A DNA stretch of 64,000 nt from Oopsacas minuta (taxonomy: Eukaryota; Animalia; Porifera): assembly GCA_024704765.1 (NCBI GenBank), contig JAKMXF010000166.1:398743-462742 (forward strand), given 5' to 3'. Positions 37,210 through 48,890 of this stretch are shown here, piece by piece; the stretch's first letter is position 1, and every line of letters starts with the position of its first letter. The notes under the pieces were generated by a model. That model was not told the origin of the DNA. It made no database searches and saw nothing but the letters and a program-made list of their open reading frames with translations. The position numbers and the translations under genes are program-made.

Positions 37210-37347
37210 CATACTTGCCAACAGTCCAGCTTTTTCGGAAATGTGTTGAGGGTAATGTCCCGCCAAAACTTGCCAAAAACCTTAAATGTCCCGCTAGATA
37301 AGTACCTTACGTCCCGCGTTTTCCTTTCACTCAGGTTGGCAAATATG
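37210..37347. mobile_element. MITE with CATACTTGCCAAC termini (family also at 47154-47335 and a fragment near 45210-45262)
   Basis: CATACTTGCCAAC ... GTTGGCAAATATG inverted ends. Confidence 0.55.
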
Positions 37348-39549
37348 CAACACACACTCGCCAATCCGAATTTTGTTTCTTAAATTTGTTTACCTGATAC
37401 TGTTGTTTGTATTATTATTATTATTAAAACAAGATTCAGAAGTACGAATACATTCACCATTTTTAGAATATACAAAGTATACACTTATGTGTTATTAATT
37501 AGGATTTTATACTTGAGGATATCATACATACGATGGTATACTCGATATATTTATATACTGTACAAATATATAATACTTACATCTGATTATGGGAATATCA
37601 CTACCAGCCATAACATTGCATTAGTCCGTAATTACAATATCTTAATCAATCATTTTCGCAAATGTGTGCATGTTATGAATATTGAATATCAGCATTATTT
37701 GTATACTGATAATTGTAGAAAAGGATAGTTGTCTATAAACAATGATTGGTTTGAAAAAATAGTGAAACTATAGCACTATGCAACTGTTCAAGGTCCAAAC
37801 CCTATTGTACTAAGCTATATGTAGAGTAGATGCCGGATATAAGAACACCAGTTATAAAAACATGCCAGTTATAAGAACCTTGACTTGATTTACGGAATCT
37901 TTTGTATTCTACTCCATGGAATTTTTACCGGTTATAAGAACATTATACTGGAAAACAGTTACCATTACCCTAATATACTTTATGCCAGTTATAAGAACAT
38001 GCTTAGAATAGTAGTAAAATCGGTTCTTATTACCGGTATGTGTTTAGAATCAGCAATAATACCAATATATATAAGAACTGTTGTTTATAATATGCTTGCT
38101 GCATCCAAATGTGTTTCAATGAAGTGTCTCATAACCTGCATCCAGTATATACTAGATACCGGTTATAAGAAGATTAACAGCAAATATGCTACAATTTCAG
38201 ACTGTTAACAACGTAGTTACACCAAAATTGGAGAATTGGAAATCGGATTTTGAGGGAGGCAACATTACTGTCAACAGGTAACAGCATTTCGCTTTTCAAT
38301 CATCCCAGAAAATATTATATCTAATCAATGATTGTTTAGTACAGTCTCTACCTCCAGGTTTAGTACTGATCCTATGATTATATGTAGTTTTCATATCAAG
38401 AGTTAGATAATTGTTTCTCATGCCAATGATATCTACGTACTTATTTATCTTAAGCGCAACAAATTTAATTCAAGCAATAGGTCAATGAACTGTACTGCAA
38501 TCAAACAGTGTAATGACAAAATTACAGTAAGGAATATGATGTGTACGTAGTAATGTAGATACCATTTTACTCCTGATTTATCATAAAATTACTGAATTAC
38601 AATAAAAAGTAAATGTAATGTAAATGGGCAACAAATCATTATCTAATTGAAATTACAATGGCGTAAAAACTTACACGTTTTATAATTTCAACTCTTAAAT
38701 TGCTATAATTATTCCTTCACTCCGCTTTTGTCGAATTAGGCAAACAATATCTGTTTTTAGTTATTTCAATTTTCTTTGTATTCAGTTGATATTGGAATTG
38801 ATGCCAGCGAAGCGAAATTACAGCCATTGAAAGGAGAACGGATAATGTTTTCTAAAGTATACGAAAAATACTTTTGTAAATATATGTAGAGCTACAATTG
38901 GTTAAAAATATAGTTGACAGTCACAGTAGTCGGTGGATACTCTACAACTACCATCATACGAAGTTCACGCAGCAGCATCACATGCATACGATATACCCTC
39001 TGTTATCAGGTGCAGGTTATATGAGCTTGTCAAAGCTATGAATCTAAAATTGCAGTTATCCGATCAATACTGTACTTTTTGTATTTGGTATGGGAATCTT
39101 GGTAGAAATTCGCATATACCAAGATATACACTACAGTGGCGGTGTATCGTTTCAAAAAGTAGTCCGGCATTACCCGCGACGTGTACCCCGATATTATACC
39201 TGGTCATGTCTAGGACATTGGCCACATTTCTATTCGGAAATAGCATAATACACAACTGCTCTATTAATAAAAGTAATACAAAAACAGGAAATTTGCCAGT
39301 TTGAGTCGATGTTGAGGTCCGGCGCTCGAGGCCTGCCGCCCTGTATTAGCTGATTCATGCGTGCAGCGTGTCGCTTACGTTTTTATAATACCTTGATCTA
39401 CTTATCCGCTTAGTGCAAAGTAATCACTAAAATTGGCGAATTCTAGTTGAATTGGCATCACTATCAAAACTTAACATACAATCTAGACTCTCTAGGAAAT
39501 AACTAAGCCAACATACAGCTCTTACTCAAACTATTGATAACAAATTTGG

Positions 39550-40107
39550 ATGGCAATTAACTTGATGGAGCTACATTACGATAATTTTGTCAAGATTATC
39601 CCTATTGGAAGAACATCTGTCGGGAAATCAAGTCTACTAAATATGTATATTGACGAGAGAATGGATCATCCCTACCGCCAAAATTTTCACGATTTTGTAG
39701 TAAAGCCAGTTAAAGTAGATGGTAAACTACTCAATTTAAACCTCAGCGATACAAATGGAAATTCAATGAGTACATATAGAGGAGCCCTTGCACTAATGTT
39801 AATATATGACATCACAGATGTGCAGTCATTTGACAATTTGAGGGACAACTGGCGCATATCGAAGTATGAGTATTTAAACAAGCACGTTCAATGTATTCTT
39901 GTAGGTAACAAATGTGATTTGGAAAGCAAAAGAGCTGTGGAGAGTTCTACAGGAAAGGAGTTTGCTGATAGTTTGAATATTCCATTCATTGAGACAAGTG
40001 CTAAAGAGAATATCAATGTAGAGCAGGCGTTTGTATTATTAGCAGCTATGATAGTGAAGAAGTTACCTGAAACAGATACAAGTCGTACAAAGTCTTCAAG
40101 AAAGTGA
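39550..40107 (+). CDS. Atypical Rab1-like GTPase (Rab-B), no C-terminal Cys
   Basis: GRTSVGKS, DTNGNS (G3 Gln lost, switch II shortened), GNKCD, ETSAK; ends TKSSRK*. Confidence 0.75.
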   Translation: MAINLMELHYDNFVKIIPIGRTSVGKSSLLNMYIDERMDHPYRQNFHDFVVKPVKVDGKLLNLNLSDTNGNSMSTYRGALALMLIYDITDVQSFDNLRDNWRISKYEYLNKHVQCILVGNKCDLESKRAVESSTGKEFADSLNIPFIETSAKENINVEQAFVLLAAMIVKKLPETDTSRTKSSRK

Positions 40108-40632
40108 ATACAGAGATGCTGACTCCGCATTGCATTGCTACGAGATTTCGAATTCTATATTTCTAAGCAATCATGTTGTGTACCTTTTTAGTATGTAAAT
40201 CCTTTCTCAGGCTAAAATATATTTTTATTCTAGTACAGCGGGACCTCGTTAATACAAACACAGTTAATATATTGAGGCTTACTCTTAACAGCTACACAAG
40301 CGTAATACAGTACGCTGAATCCTAAATTCACATTTTCAAGTATCTCATACTGATGGAACTAGGAGGAACGCTCATTGGCCTCAATAATAATCTACCACTG
40401 ACTATAAACCCACTCACACCAGATCAACTCTTATTAAGTCAACTGGTAATAATGCCTAAATTTACCATAGCATAATCTATCCTAGTCCAGAGTATACTAT
40501 CATTAGTATCGGTCACGTAGTAACCTATCCCCAAAGTAGACTACCCCCGGTCCTGGGGCAACCTACTTCAAGTAAATTGTCGCCATGTAGTAATTGCACG
40601 CCTTATCTTTATCGTACAATAAGTATGCTAGA

Positions 40633-41725
40633 CCATAGCATTCTATACACTAAGGCAATGGTGCTGATTAATGGACTTGGCCCAGGAATAAGTCAGTTCT
40701 AAGGAAATAATGGAGATATATTAGTTGCAATAAAATTTAAACGGTACATTTTGGCCTGAATATATATATTATTGATATTTGACATTACTCACACTCTACA
40801 TCTACAAACTATTTTCAGGCCGAAATGACGTTATCTGTTTGCTTAGTTAGCAAATATGTCAGAAAAATGCTCCTGTTTTGAAACTACGTAGAGAGGAAAT
40901 TAATACATTTACGGTTTCAAGAATTTTGCCATAGAATATACGGATGTTGTTGTACAAAATATCAATTTTTTGTCATTATAAAGTTCCCGCGTTCCAGAGT
41001 TATAGTAGTGACCGTGGGTGGCATATTTGAGCCAATATTCATCCATAACTGGACATCCTTCAATGTTGCGGCCAGACAAACCTACACACATATAGTATAT
41101 ACCCGACTTCCCATACCTTAATAATACATTTTGGTGTGATATCTCCAAAGAATAATGCGCAGTCATCATTAATACCATATATGGTCATTTTCAGGATTGC
41201 TTCATAATCAACAGAGATATCACACCAAAATGTATTATTAAGGTATGGGAAGTCGGGTATATACTATATGTGTGTAGGTTTGTCTGGCCGCAACATTGAA
41301 GGATGTCCAGTTATGGATGAATATTGGCTCAAATATGCCACCCACGGTCACTACTATAACTCTGGAACGCGGGAACTTTATAATGACAAAAATTGATATT
41401 TTGTACAACAACATCCGTATATTCTATGGCAAAATTCTTGAAACCGTAAATGTATTAATTTCCTCTCTACGTAGTTTCAAAACAGGAGCATTTTTCTGAC
41501 ATATTTGCTAACTAAGCAAACAGATAACGTCATTTCGGCCTGAAAATAGTTTGTAGATGTAGAGTGTGAGTAATGTCAAATATCAATAATATATATATTC
41601 AGGCCAAAATGTACCGTTTAAATTTTATTGCAACTAATATATCTCCATTATTTCCTTAGAACTGACTTATTCCTGGGCCAAGTCCATTAATCAGCACCAT
41701 TGCCTTAGTGTATAGAATGCTATGG
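40633..41725. mobile_element. Foldback element FB1: 513/512-bp inverted arms, 68-bp spacer, 5-bp TSD
   Basis: 40633-41145 is the reverse complement of 41214-41725 (one homopolymer indel); CTAGA at 40628-40632 and 41726-41730. Confidence 0.85.
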
Positions 41726-41997
41726 CTAGACAATAAGTCGGATACGTAACGCGTTAAATTACGCTGGTCCAACACCATGGTGGGAGACATTATACTTCGG
41801 AATTGTTAACTTAAAAAATATGTGGAGTTGGTAACTGGTACGACCGTACGAGTGTTCTCTTAAGCCGAGTGTACATCTGAAGCCTAGTGTCTTATCCGAG
41901 TTCTACTGTAATAAAGTATACATAGTGTTCCATTTTCGAATGCTATGCCCTAGTATAAATGATAACATGTACTTTTAATATTTTACTAACAGCAACA

Positions 41998-42636
41998 ATG
42001 TGTGAGGAAGGAACAGAGAGTTTACCTAAACTATATTTCTTCTGGGGAACTGGACGTGGAGAATTAGCCAGACTAATCTTAATATACGTAGAGGCTAAGT
42101 TCGAAGATTTGAGATGTAAATATTTATCAGATGAATGGAAGGAACTTAGGCCTAAAACACCGTTAGGCTATCTGCCAGTATATGAAGAAGGAGGAGTACA
42201 GATAGGAGGGAGTACAGCTATAGCACGCTATCTTGGGGAGAAACACAATCTCGCTAGTTCTGTTAATTGGGAGAATGCATTACTAGCTTCCTATGTAGAT
42301 GCGTTAATGGCATTTATTCCAAAAATATTCTCGCTAGCACATGCTAAAGAAGAGGAAAAACCTGGAATGATAGAAGTATTCTTGAAAAACGAACCAGAAA
42401 AACTGAAAGTAATCGAGCATCATATCAAAGAAGATCTGACATTTCTTGGTAATGGTAAAACAACATACGCTGAGATAACTGTTTGTTACATATGTTGTAA
42501 CATTAAGAAGTATAAACTGGATCTTACATTGACAGATACTCCCAGGATGAGAGCAATTTGTCAAAAGATTGACGAAATACCGAGGATAAGAAATTACAGG
42601 GAAGAAAGTAGAGTCAAATATGCTCCTATTTACTGA
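41998..42636 (+). CDS. Glutathione S-transferase (sigma/PGDS-like)
   Basis: GRGELARLILIY..F.D, TPLGYLPV, IGGSTAIARYLG, TYAEI; branch-point/acceptor-like TTTTACTAACAG just before the ATG at 41998 suggests a 5'-UTR intron. Confidence 0.85.
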   Translation: MCEEGTESLPKLYFFWGTGRGELARLILIYVEAKFEDLRCKYLSDEWKELRPKTPLGYLPVYEEGGVQIGGSTAIARYLGEKHNLASSVNWENALLASYVDALMAFIPKIFSLAHAKEEEKPGMIEVFLKNEPEKLKVIEHHIKEDLTFLGNGKTTYAEITVCYICCNIKKYKLDLTLTDTPRMRAICQKIDEIPRIRNYREESRVKYAPIY

Positions 42637-42937
42637 GTAGTTCTTATAATTAATAAATGATTAGTTTTTGAAATGATTTTGTTTCTGGTTTGTAGGATCC
42701 AAATGCTTTTTAGGAATTCTTGACCACCGGAACCACAGATTGATTGTTATCTAGATTTTCTTTGCGCGACTTGGAAATGTCTCCTCTGTTTCCCATTTGC
42801 ACAAATTTGCGTTTGGCTGGAAAAAGGATCCTATTCATATACGTAGTTCATAGAAGGTGTTTACTTTAATATTATTCAGTAAGTATACTCAGAGTTTTTA
42901 TTATTAGAATTCAACAATCGCTCTAGGAGGGGATATT

Positions 42938-44542
42938 ATGAAAATTGTAATCTTACAAATTGTACTCCTCTCTCTCACGTCCCTATTGGTATCAATCACA
43001 GACGGATTAAATATAATGATAGCATCGGGATGTTTTTGGGATGAAGTTGGTCCAAACTTGGCAGTAGCAGAAGAGCTACTAATCCTTGGACATGCAGTAG
43101 TATACGCTTCTCCTGCAGAATGTAACGCTTGGATAAACGAATATTACGGAGTAGAGAAGCTAGATACTGATGGGCCGGGTGAATCTGATATGAGAAAAAC
43201 GATAAACGAATATATGATAGAGACAGGGTATGGTGAAGATACATTTCTATCTTATGAAGCTGACTACTTTCTTATATACAGATATTGTGATATGTATCAA
43301 ACTATTCATGACTATTTGAATAAGAATAAAATAGATGTAATGTTTGTATCTTTCAATGCTATAGGAGCATTATTCGCTGCTGAAAAGACAGGAACGCCTG
43401 TGCTTATGAACTACAATAGTATTGTACTAACAAGATTGACAGAATACTGTCAACAATGTGGATATACACAAGCATTACCTCGCTTGTATTACAGCGGATA
43501 CTTACATATTAATCTGCTACAGGAATTCATGGTTAGCATTTCATGGAATCTAGCACCAATACTGATGTGGAGAATAGATTCTATTATTAATAGTAAGAGG
43601 AAAGAGATTGGATTGAAATCTTATTTCCCTAAGAGCGCAATACTTCAACTACAAGCAATATACCCAAAGGTTTATCCAATGTTTCATCCATTGCTCCGTC
43701 AAGGTATGAATCCTCCAGAAGGAAGATGGATAGTAGGACCTCTAATACCGAAATTAACTGGTAGAGAATTAAACACAGAATTGGAGCAGTTCATAACGGT
43801 ATCAGATAAACCTGTAGTATTGATATCATTCAGTGAGTTATTACAGTTAGATGATATAGAATTAAGAAATATATTCAATTCTTTTACTAATGAGAAGGGT
43901 TACAGAGTTATTTGGCTGATAGACTATTTACAGCAGGAAATATTAGCCAAATTTTACAATAATAGCTCAATTAGTGAGCAGAAAACATTTAACGATAATT
44001 TGTTAATAGAACATCCAAGCTACACTAGAGAGTTAGTGAGAGACAAGAAGATAGATTTAGTCGTTACTACTGCTGGTTATAGCTATATAGTCGAAGCATT
44101 TGTGCATAACAAGCCTATGATTCTAATACCAGTTCTTTACGAGCAAGAGAGGATTGCTGAATTAATAGATAACTTAAGATGTGGTGAAATGCTGAGTCGA
44201 TCAGATATTTCAGATATTTCCTCCTCTATTGAGGATATGTTAGTTCATAGAGTATACTACAATGAGTGTTTAGAGGGAGTAAAGGAAGGGATTAGCAATA
44301 CAAGAGGGGCTAGACTTGTGGTAGAGATACTGGAGAGGATGGCAGTAAAAACATATGTAGGAATGAATTTTAGTTTCCAGAAGTCATCTGTTCCTGACTT
44401 GATTAATTCTATACTAGCGATAGTATTGCTTCTCTTACAGGGAGCACTATTGCTACTGCTCTCTATCTACATAATATATATGTTATTTATAAGCGACTGG
44501 AATGATACGGATAAACCAGATCAGAAAGATAAAGTCGATTAG
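42938..44542 (+). CDS. GT1/UDP-glycosyltransferase, ER type I membrane topology
   Basis: Signal peptide; PNLAVAEELL..GH; UGT signature VVTTAGYSYIVEAFVHNKPMILIPVLYEQ; C-terminal TM; KDKVD (KxKxx) tail. Confidence 0.85.
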   Translation: MKIVILQIVLLSLTSLLVSITDGLNIMIASGCFWDEVGPNLAVAEELLILGHAVVYASPAECNAWINEYYGVEKLDTDGPGESDMRKTINEYMIETGYGEDTFLSYEADYFLIYRYCDMYQTIHDYLNKNKIDVMFVSFNAIGALFAAEKTGTPVLMNYNSIVLTRLTEYCQQCGYTQALPRLYYSGYLHINLLQEFMVSISWNLAPILMWRIDSIINSKRKEIGLKSYFPKSAILQLQAIYPKVYPMFHPLLRQGMNPPEGRWIVGPLIPKLTGRELNTELEQFITVSDKPVVLISFSELLQLDDIELRNIFNSFTNEKGYRVIWLIDYLQQEILAKFYNNSSISEQKTFNDNLLIEHPSYTRELVRDKKIDLVVTTAGYSYIVEAFVHNKPMILIPVLYEQERIAELIDNLRCGEMLSRSDISDISSSIEDMLVHRVYYNECLEGVKEGISNTRGARLVVEILERMAVKTYVGMNFSFQKSSVPDLINSILAIVLLLLQGALLLLLSIYIIYMLFISDWNDTDKPDQKDKVD

Positions 44543-45577
44543 ATATTATTATACATATTAATTAATAGGATATTATTGATATCAAGAATTCGTTAGTAAA
44601 TATATTCTGATTAGGTAATATATGTTCATACGTATTTCTTACTATCTTTCTGATGCATTAATATTAAAAAAGAGGCAATTTAAAATAACCATGACATGAT
44701 TATGAGTCTATACAACTAAAGTAGGATTCGATAATAATACAATGTGCCAATTATGGCTGAGCATTCAAATACATTTGGCCAGTCAGTGTATACTAAAAAT
44801 GGTAATTGGGTATTGCTTAGGTCACGGGTATTGGTTCATGGAATGAAGAATTTTAATTGCCTCCTACTTCACATACTTGGCCGCCAGTTAAGAAAGAATT
44901 TGTATTCAATATTCCACGCCTTTTGTAGCTGAAGTGGGACAACTCTCAATGGCTTTATTTAGCAATCTATGTTGCTATAAGGATGTTGCATCAAACTGTG
45001 TTGCCAAGTAGGCCTAGCCCCTCCAGCAACAAAGTTAATTGCCAATGGCGTTGGAAATATATCTTACAATGTGGGTTTCTTATAAGCGTTACCCACTACC
45101 ACAAATATCAATTTTATTTGTGCATTAAGATTTAAATGATGATTTTTATTAATAAAAATCAATGATTTAATCAAACAACCATTCCTAAAACACAATAACC
45201 ATGCTCCAAGTAAATCCCTGGACATTTTGGTCAATCCCTGGACTGTTGGCAAGTATGCGTATCTATAATATACTTGAGTAATTGACCATTGGCTGAAGGC
45301 TGAAACCAATTTTTATTCACAATCTTGGAGCCTTTTTCAACCCCCAGAGCTTATTCAGGGATATTATACGCGGTATTTTCATTTTATAGTTTGTATGACA
45401 TTTTCTACTCCTTCCCCGTATTGCTTAAACCTGAATTCACATGATATCGAAATTTGTCCAGCTCTAATTATAATTTGAAAAGCATAACTATGCTATAATC
45501 TCTAACAAAATACAGAGGAATAGTGTCATAAGTTTCGGTAACACACTTTCGCTAGCTCCTAATAGCGATATTCGTAA

Positions 45578-46192
45578 CTACTTTTTCGGTAGAAGCCTAC
45601 AAATATTCTCACACATAGCTCTCAAATTTGGAAATTCTTTGAGTACTTCTTCATGGTTTGGATAGACACTCCTTATATCTCGTAGCAAACTGGATATCAC
45701 TATCTCAGACCATGTGAGCTTTCCTTCTTTCCCTTGAAATGAACCTCCAGGCTTGATTGATTTCTCAAGGAAGCTTAGCTTGTCCTTTGCATATGATTCG
45801 AATGCTTTGCGTTTATCCTCTTTTTCTTCTTCTTTCGCAAACGAATATGTATAGAGCTTTACTAAAATCTCATTAGATATGTCTGCTTGTCCCTCGTAGT
45901 AAGCTGAAATGAATGGATCACTTTCTTGATCCAGTTTACCTTTACCGTATCTCTCGGCAACAAAACGAGCTATAGTCACTGTACCTCCAATCTTTTTCCC
46001 ATCAACATCTAATACAGGTAATACACCGAAAGGAGTATTGAGTTTCTCGGTTTCCCACTTTCCATGCGGAATTGATTTCAATTCGTACTTCCTGCCAATG
46101 ATATCCAGTATCGCTGTTACAAACTGTCCACGTGCAGAAATCTCCTGGAAGTACGTGAGAGTTATCTTTTCATTTTCTATAGCAGATGCCAT
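45578..46192 (-). CDS. Glutathione S-transferase (sigma/PGDS-like)
   Basis: ITLTYF..ARGQ, TPFGVLPVL.VDG..IGGTVTIARFVAERYG, LTWSEI, FPNL. Confidence 0.85.
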   Translation of the reverse strand: MASAIENEKITLTYFQEISARGQFVTAILDIIGRKYELKSIPHGKWETEKLNTPFGVLPVLDVDGKKIGGTVTIARFVAERYGKGKLDQESDPFISAYYEGQADISNEILVKLYTYSFAKEEEKEDKRKAFESYAKDKLSFLEKSIKPGGSFQGKEGKLTWSEIVISSLLRDIRSVYPNHEEVLKEFPNLRAMCENICRLLPKK

Positions 46193-46495
46193 TTAGAGTG
46201 ATCTTGCAATTTCTAATTAAGATAAAGCTACTCCAATGTATAATACAACTTTATAAGTTTTCAATCTATAACTGATGATGACGACCACTATTATAGCAAA
46301 ATAGAATATCTCTTATTGAATAATAGGTATCCTAACTTACCCGCTAATCAAAATTGCATCAATTACGAACTGGTACTAATACATTACAAATTTATAAAAT
46401 TTGGGGAGGCTTAGCCTAACCCAGCCTTCATTTCTGGCCCGATTTCGGTTAGATTGCTTCACAAACACCGACATAAACTCATTTGATAGGAAATA

Positions 46496-46738
46496 CCGTA
46501 TTACCTCGAATAATAACCTGGGCGATTATTAATTTCAAGCCCGAGAGAGAGAGAGAGAGGGAAGTTGCGATTTTTGTAAATACGTTAATTTCTATATAAT
46601 CATACCTAAATGTACTTACATTATTTGTATTTGTCCTAACAAATAGTAGATAAATCAAAATATATGACAAATGACGATCCACTGTAAGCAGTAATTAGTT
46701 TTTAGTAGCCTCAGGGGCTATTATTCGAGGTAATACAT
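46496..46738. mobile_element. Mariner-type MITE
   Basis: GTATTACCTCGAATAATA (46498) inverted with TATTATTCGAGGTAATAC (ends 46736). Confidence 0.6.
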
Positions 46739-48348
46739 TAGTCCGAATTTACATAAAAACTATTTGGCAACAATTACGGTGCAAAATACAATTCGCGTAT
46801 GAAATACAAAAATTTTGTTATTATGCGATTTATTTACCATACAAAACTGCACTTTATGTCCATGAAAAGTTGCTAATAGGCTGTTACCATTATAACAAAT
46901 TGACTGCTATTGAACCATTGAATGGGAAAGGAGATCAAGAACAAAGTTCTTAGATTTGGATTCAGCAGGAATAAGTAGGGAACATGCCAAGAACTTTATT
47001 CCTCTTTTTTCGTCACTAAATCTGTAAGAAAACAATTCGTTATGTTCATTGCACAGGGCAGATAACTACGGATTCTAATTTGTTGCATTCATTGTTTATT
47101 TATTGATAAGCAGAAACAACCCCTCCCACCCCCGAATTATATCTAGTTAAGTTCATACTTACCAACCCTTTGAAACTATTTTCCTGGATTTTTAAATTTC
47201 CATGCAAAAATATGAATTTTCCCTCTTTTATGAGAAAAAATCTAGAAAAATTCCAGAAATATCCAATATTTTTCCCTGGATTTTGCCATTTTCCCCTGGA
47301 TCATAAGTCAACTCTCTGGATGGTTGGCAAGTATGTATTGTAAGATGTTGAAAATGACACAAAGACCAGAAATCAAATGCATTATTGATAACTTTCGAGA
47401 ATAACAGTCTTGTCAACCCTCCCGCTCTTTTGTCCCTTTTCTCCCCATCCTCCAACCTCCCACCTCCCACCAAAGGCCAAACTTTTCATACTCCTGCTTT
47501 TTGCAAATAAATTCTGTATTTAGATATTATGAAATATAGTAAATTAGAATACTACAATTATTCTAAGAATTGTAAAACATACGGGATAAAATGCAACTTC
47601 AAATGCGATAAGCAAATAGATCACAAGAAGTATGGCAATACTGTTTGTTGGTGACAAATATTTGACTACTACATAACTCATTTTTAGGATAGCTTGGGAC
47701 TTTTATGCCTCAGGCTGGGTTCTTTCTAAATTTTTGTTGAAAACACTACTTTTGTTGAAGTGTTTGCCCTATTATATTTGGCTTAATTTATTCACATTTC
47801 TATTTCTAATAGAACCATAATATTGTGTTCTCAATCAGATATAAGTAACGAGTAGTGTGATTTCTATTTGTTTTACTAAAACTTTGTTAACAATCTTCAT
47901 AAATATATTTACAGGTAAGTTGGCTCTATGCCTTGGTGTCTTTCCGACATCTTACTAAGATATAAGAGAATTCATTCTTTATACCTATACTTTCCCTGTA
48001 TTTGTTGTGGTCTCATCTTATCTTGCAGTCACTATATTATTATTTACTTACATATACAGTAGAATTTCCTGGCAATTTCAATACCCAATTTATTCTTTGA
48101 AATCGATCGAACCGAATATCAGTATTCATGAATAGTTGCTTAAATGGACAATACTCAATGATGTAAATTGTTTGTAGTATTGCTTGTTGGTTATTTGATA
48201 ATTTAGCATCGATCAAAGTGTTTATGGGTTGAGTGGCTCATGAGCCGCGTGTGGGCACCATTTCAATATAACTATTTCATTTGTTATACGTACTAATACA
48301 CCTTAAACAGCTCGGTTCCAATTACAAATAAGCTTTATCATCAACCAA

Positions 48349-48890
48349 ATGGCAGAACATTACCCAATTGCCCTCAAATCAGAGACACACATCAACTACA
48401 CAATTGATGGTCTCATAGGGCTACTGAACGTCCGTAGAGCTCAGCTGCTGGAGCTAGTCCGTAACATACGAGAGGACAAGAGAGCCGCGGAGATCGCTAA
48501 ACAACAAATGACCGCTCAACTGACAGAGGCACAGGTACTTCTCCAAGGAGCCCTAAGAGAAAACCCCCTCCAATCCATGCAGGAGATAATGGCCCAAGAA
48601 ATGGAGGACAAATTGAGAGACCTACGAAACAACGCTCTCATAGAGACACAATTAAAGTTGCAGTGCGACACACGTGACCTAGAAACGAGCATTTCCCAGG
48701 TAGGAGAGATCGTACAGGTGCCAGTAGGAGTACCAGATTATGCTAAATTCCAAACGTCTACTGTTGCTACTGGGAAGAAAGGTTATGGTCCTGGCGAGTT
48801 GTATTATCCCTACGGTGTAGCTATACATGAAGATACACACCAAATATTCGTAGCTGATTGTGGCAATAAGAGAGTAGAGATATTCTCCCA
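48349..48890 (+). pseudogene. Truncated coiled-coil + NHL gene (only the first blade present)
   Basis: MAEHY.. coiled coil..PDYAKF..VATGKKGYGPGELYYPYGVAIHEDTHQIFVADCGNKRVEIFS, then abrupt switch to unrelated repeat-like sequence. Confidence 0.75.

Noticed and set aside
37820-38175. Recurrent CCAGTTATAAGAAC motif resembling an array
   Set aside because: Irregular spacing and degenerate units; typical MITE subterminal repeats, not CRISPR-like, and the context is eukaryotic
39064-39255. Protein-looking minus-strand ORF (MCIMLFPNRNVANV...)
   Set aside because: Runs through a CAGTGGCGG transposon-terminus-like sequence and has no recognisable domain
39310-39385. Short GC-rich island ending in a T run upstream of Rab-B (Pol III RNA?)
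   Set aside because: No convincing A/B boxes or stable fold identified by eye
40909-41499. Mirror ORFs on both strands (also 27687-27911 and 52487-52711)
   Set aside because: Artefacts of the inverted repeats; no transposase motifs
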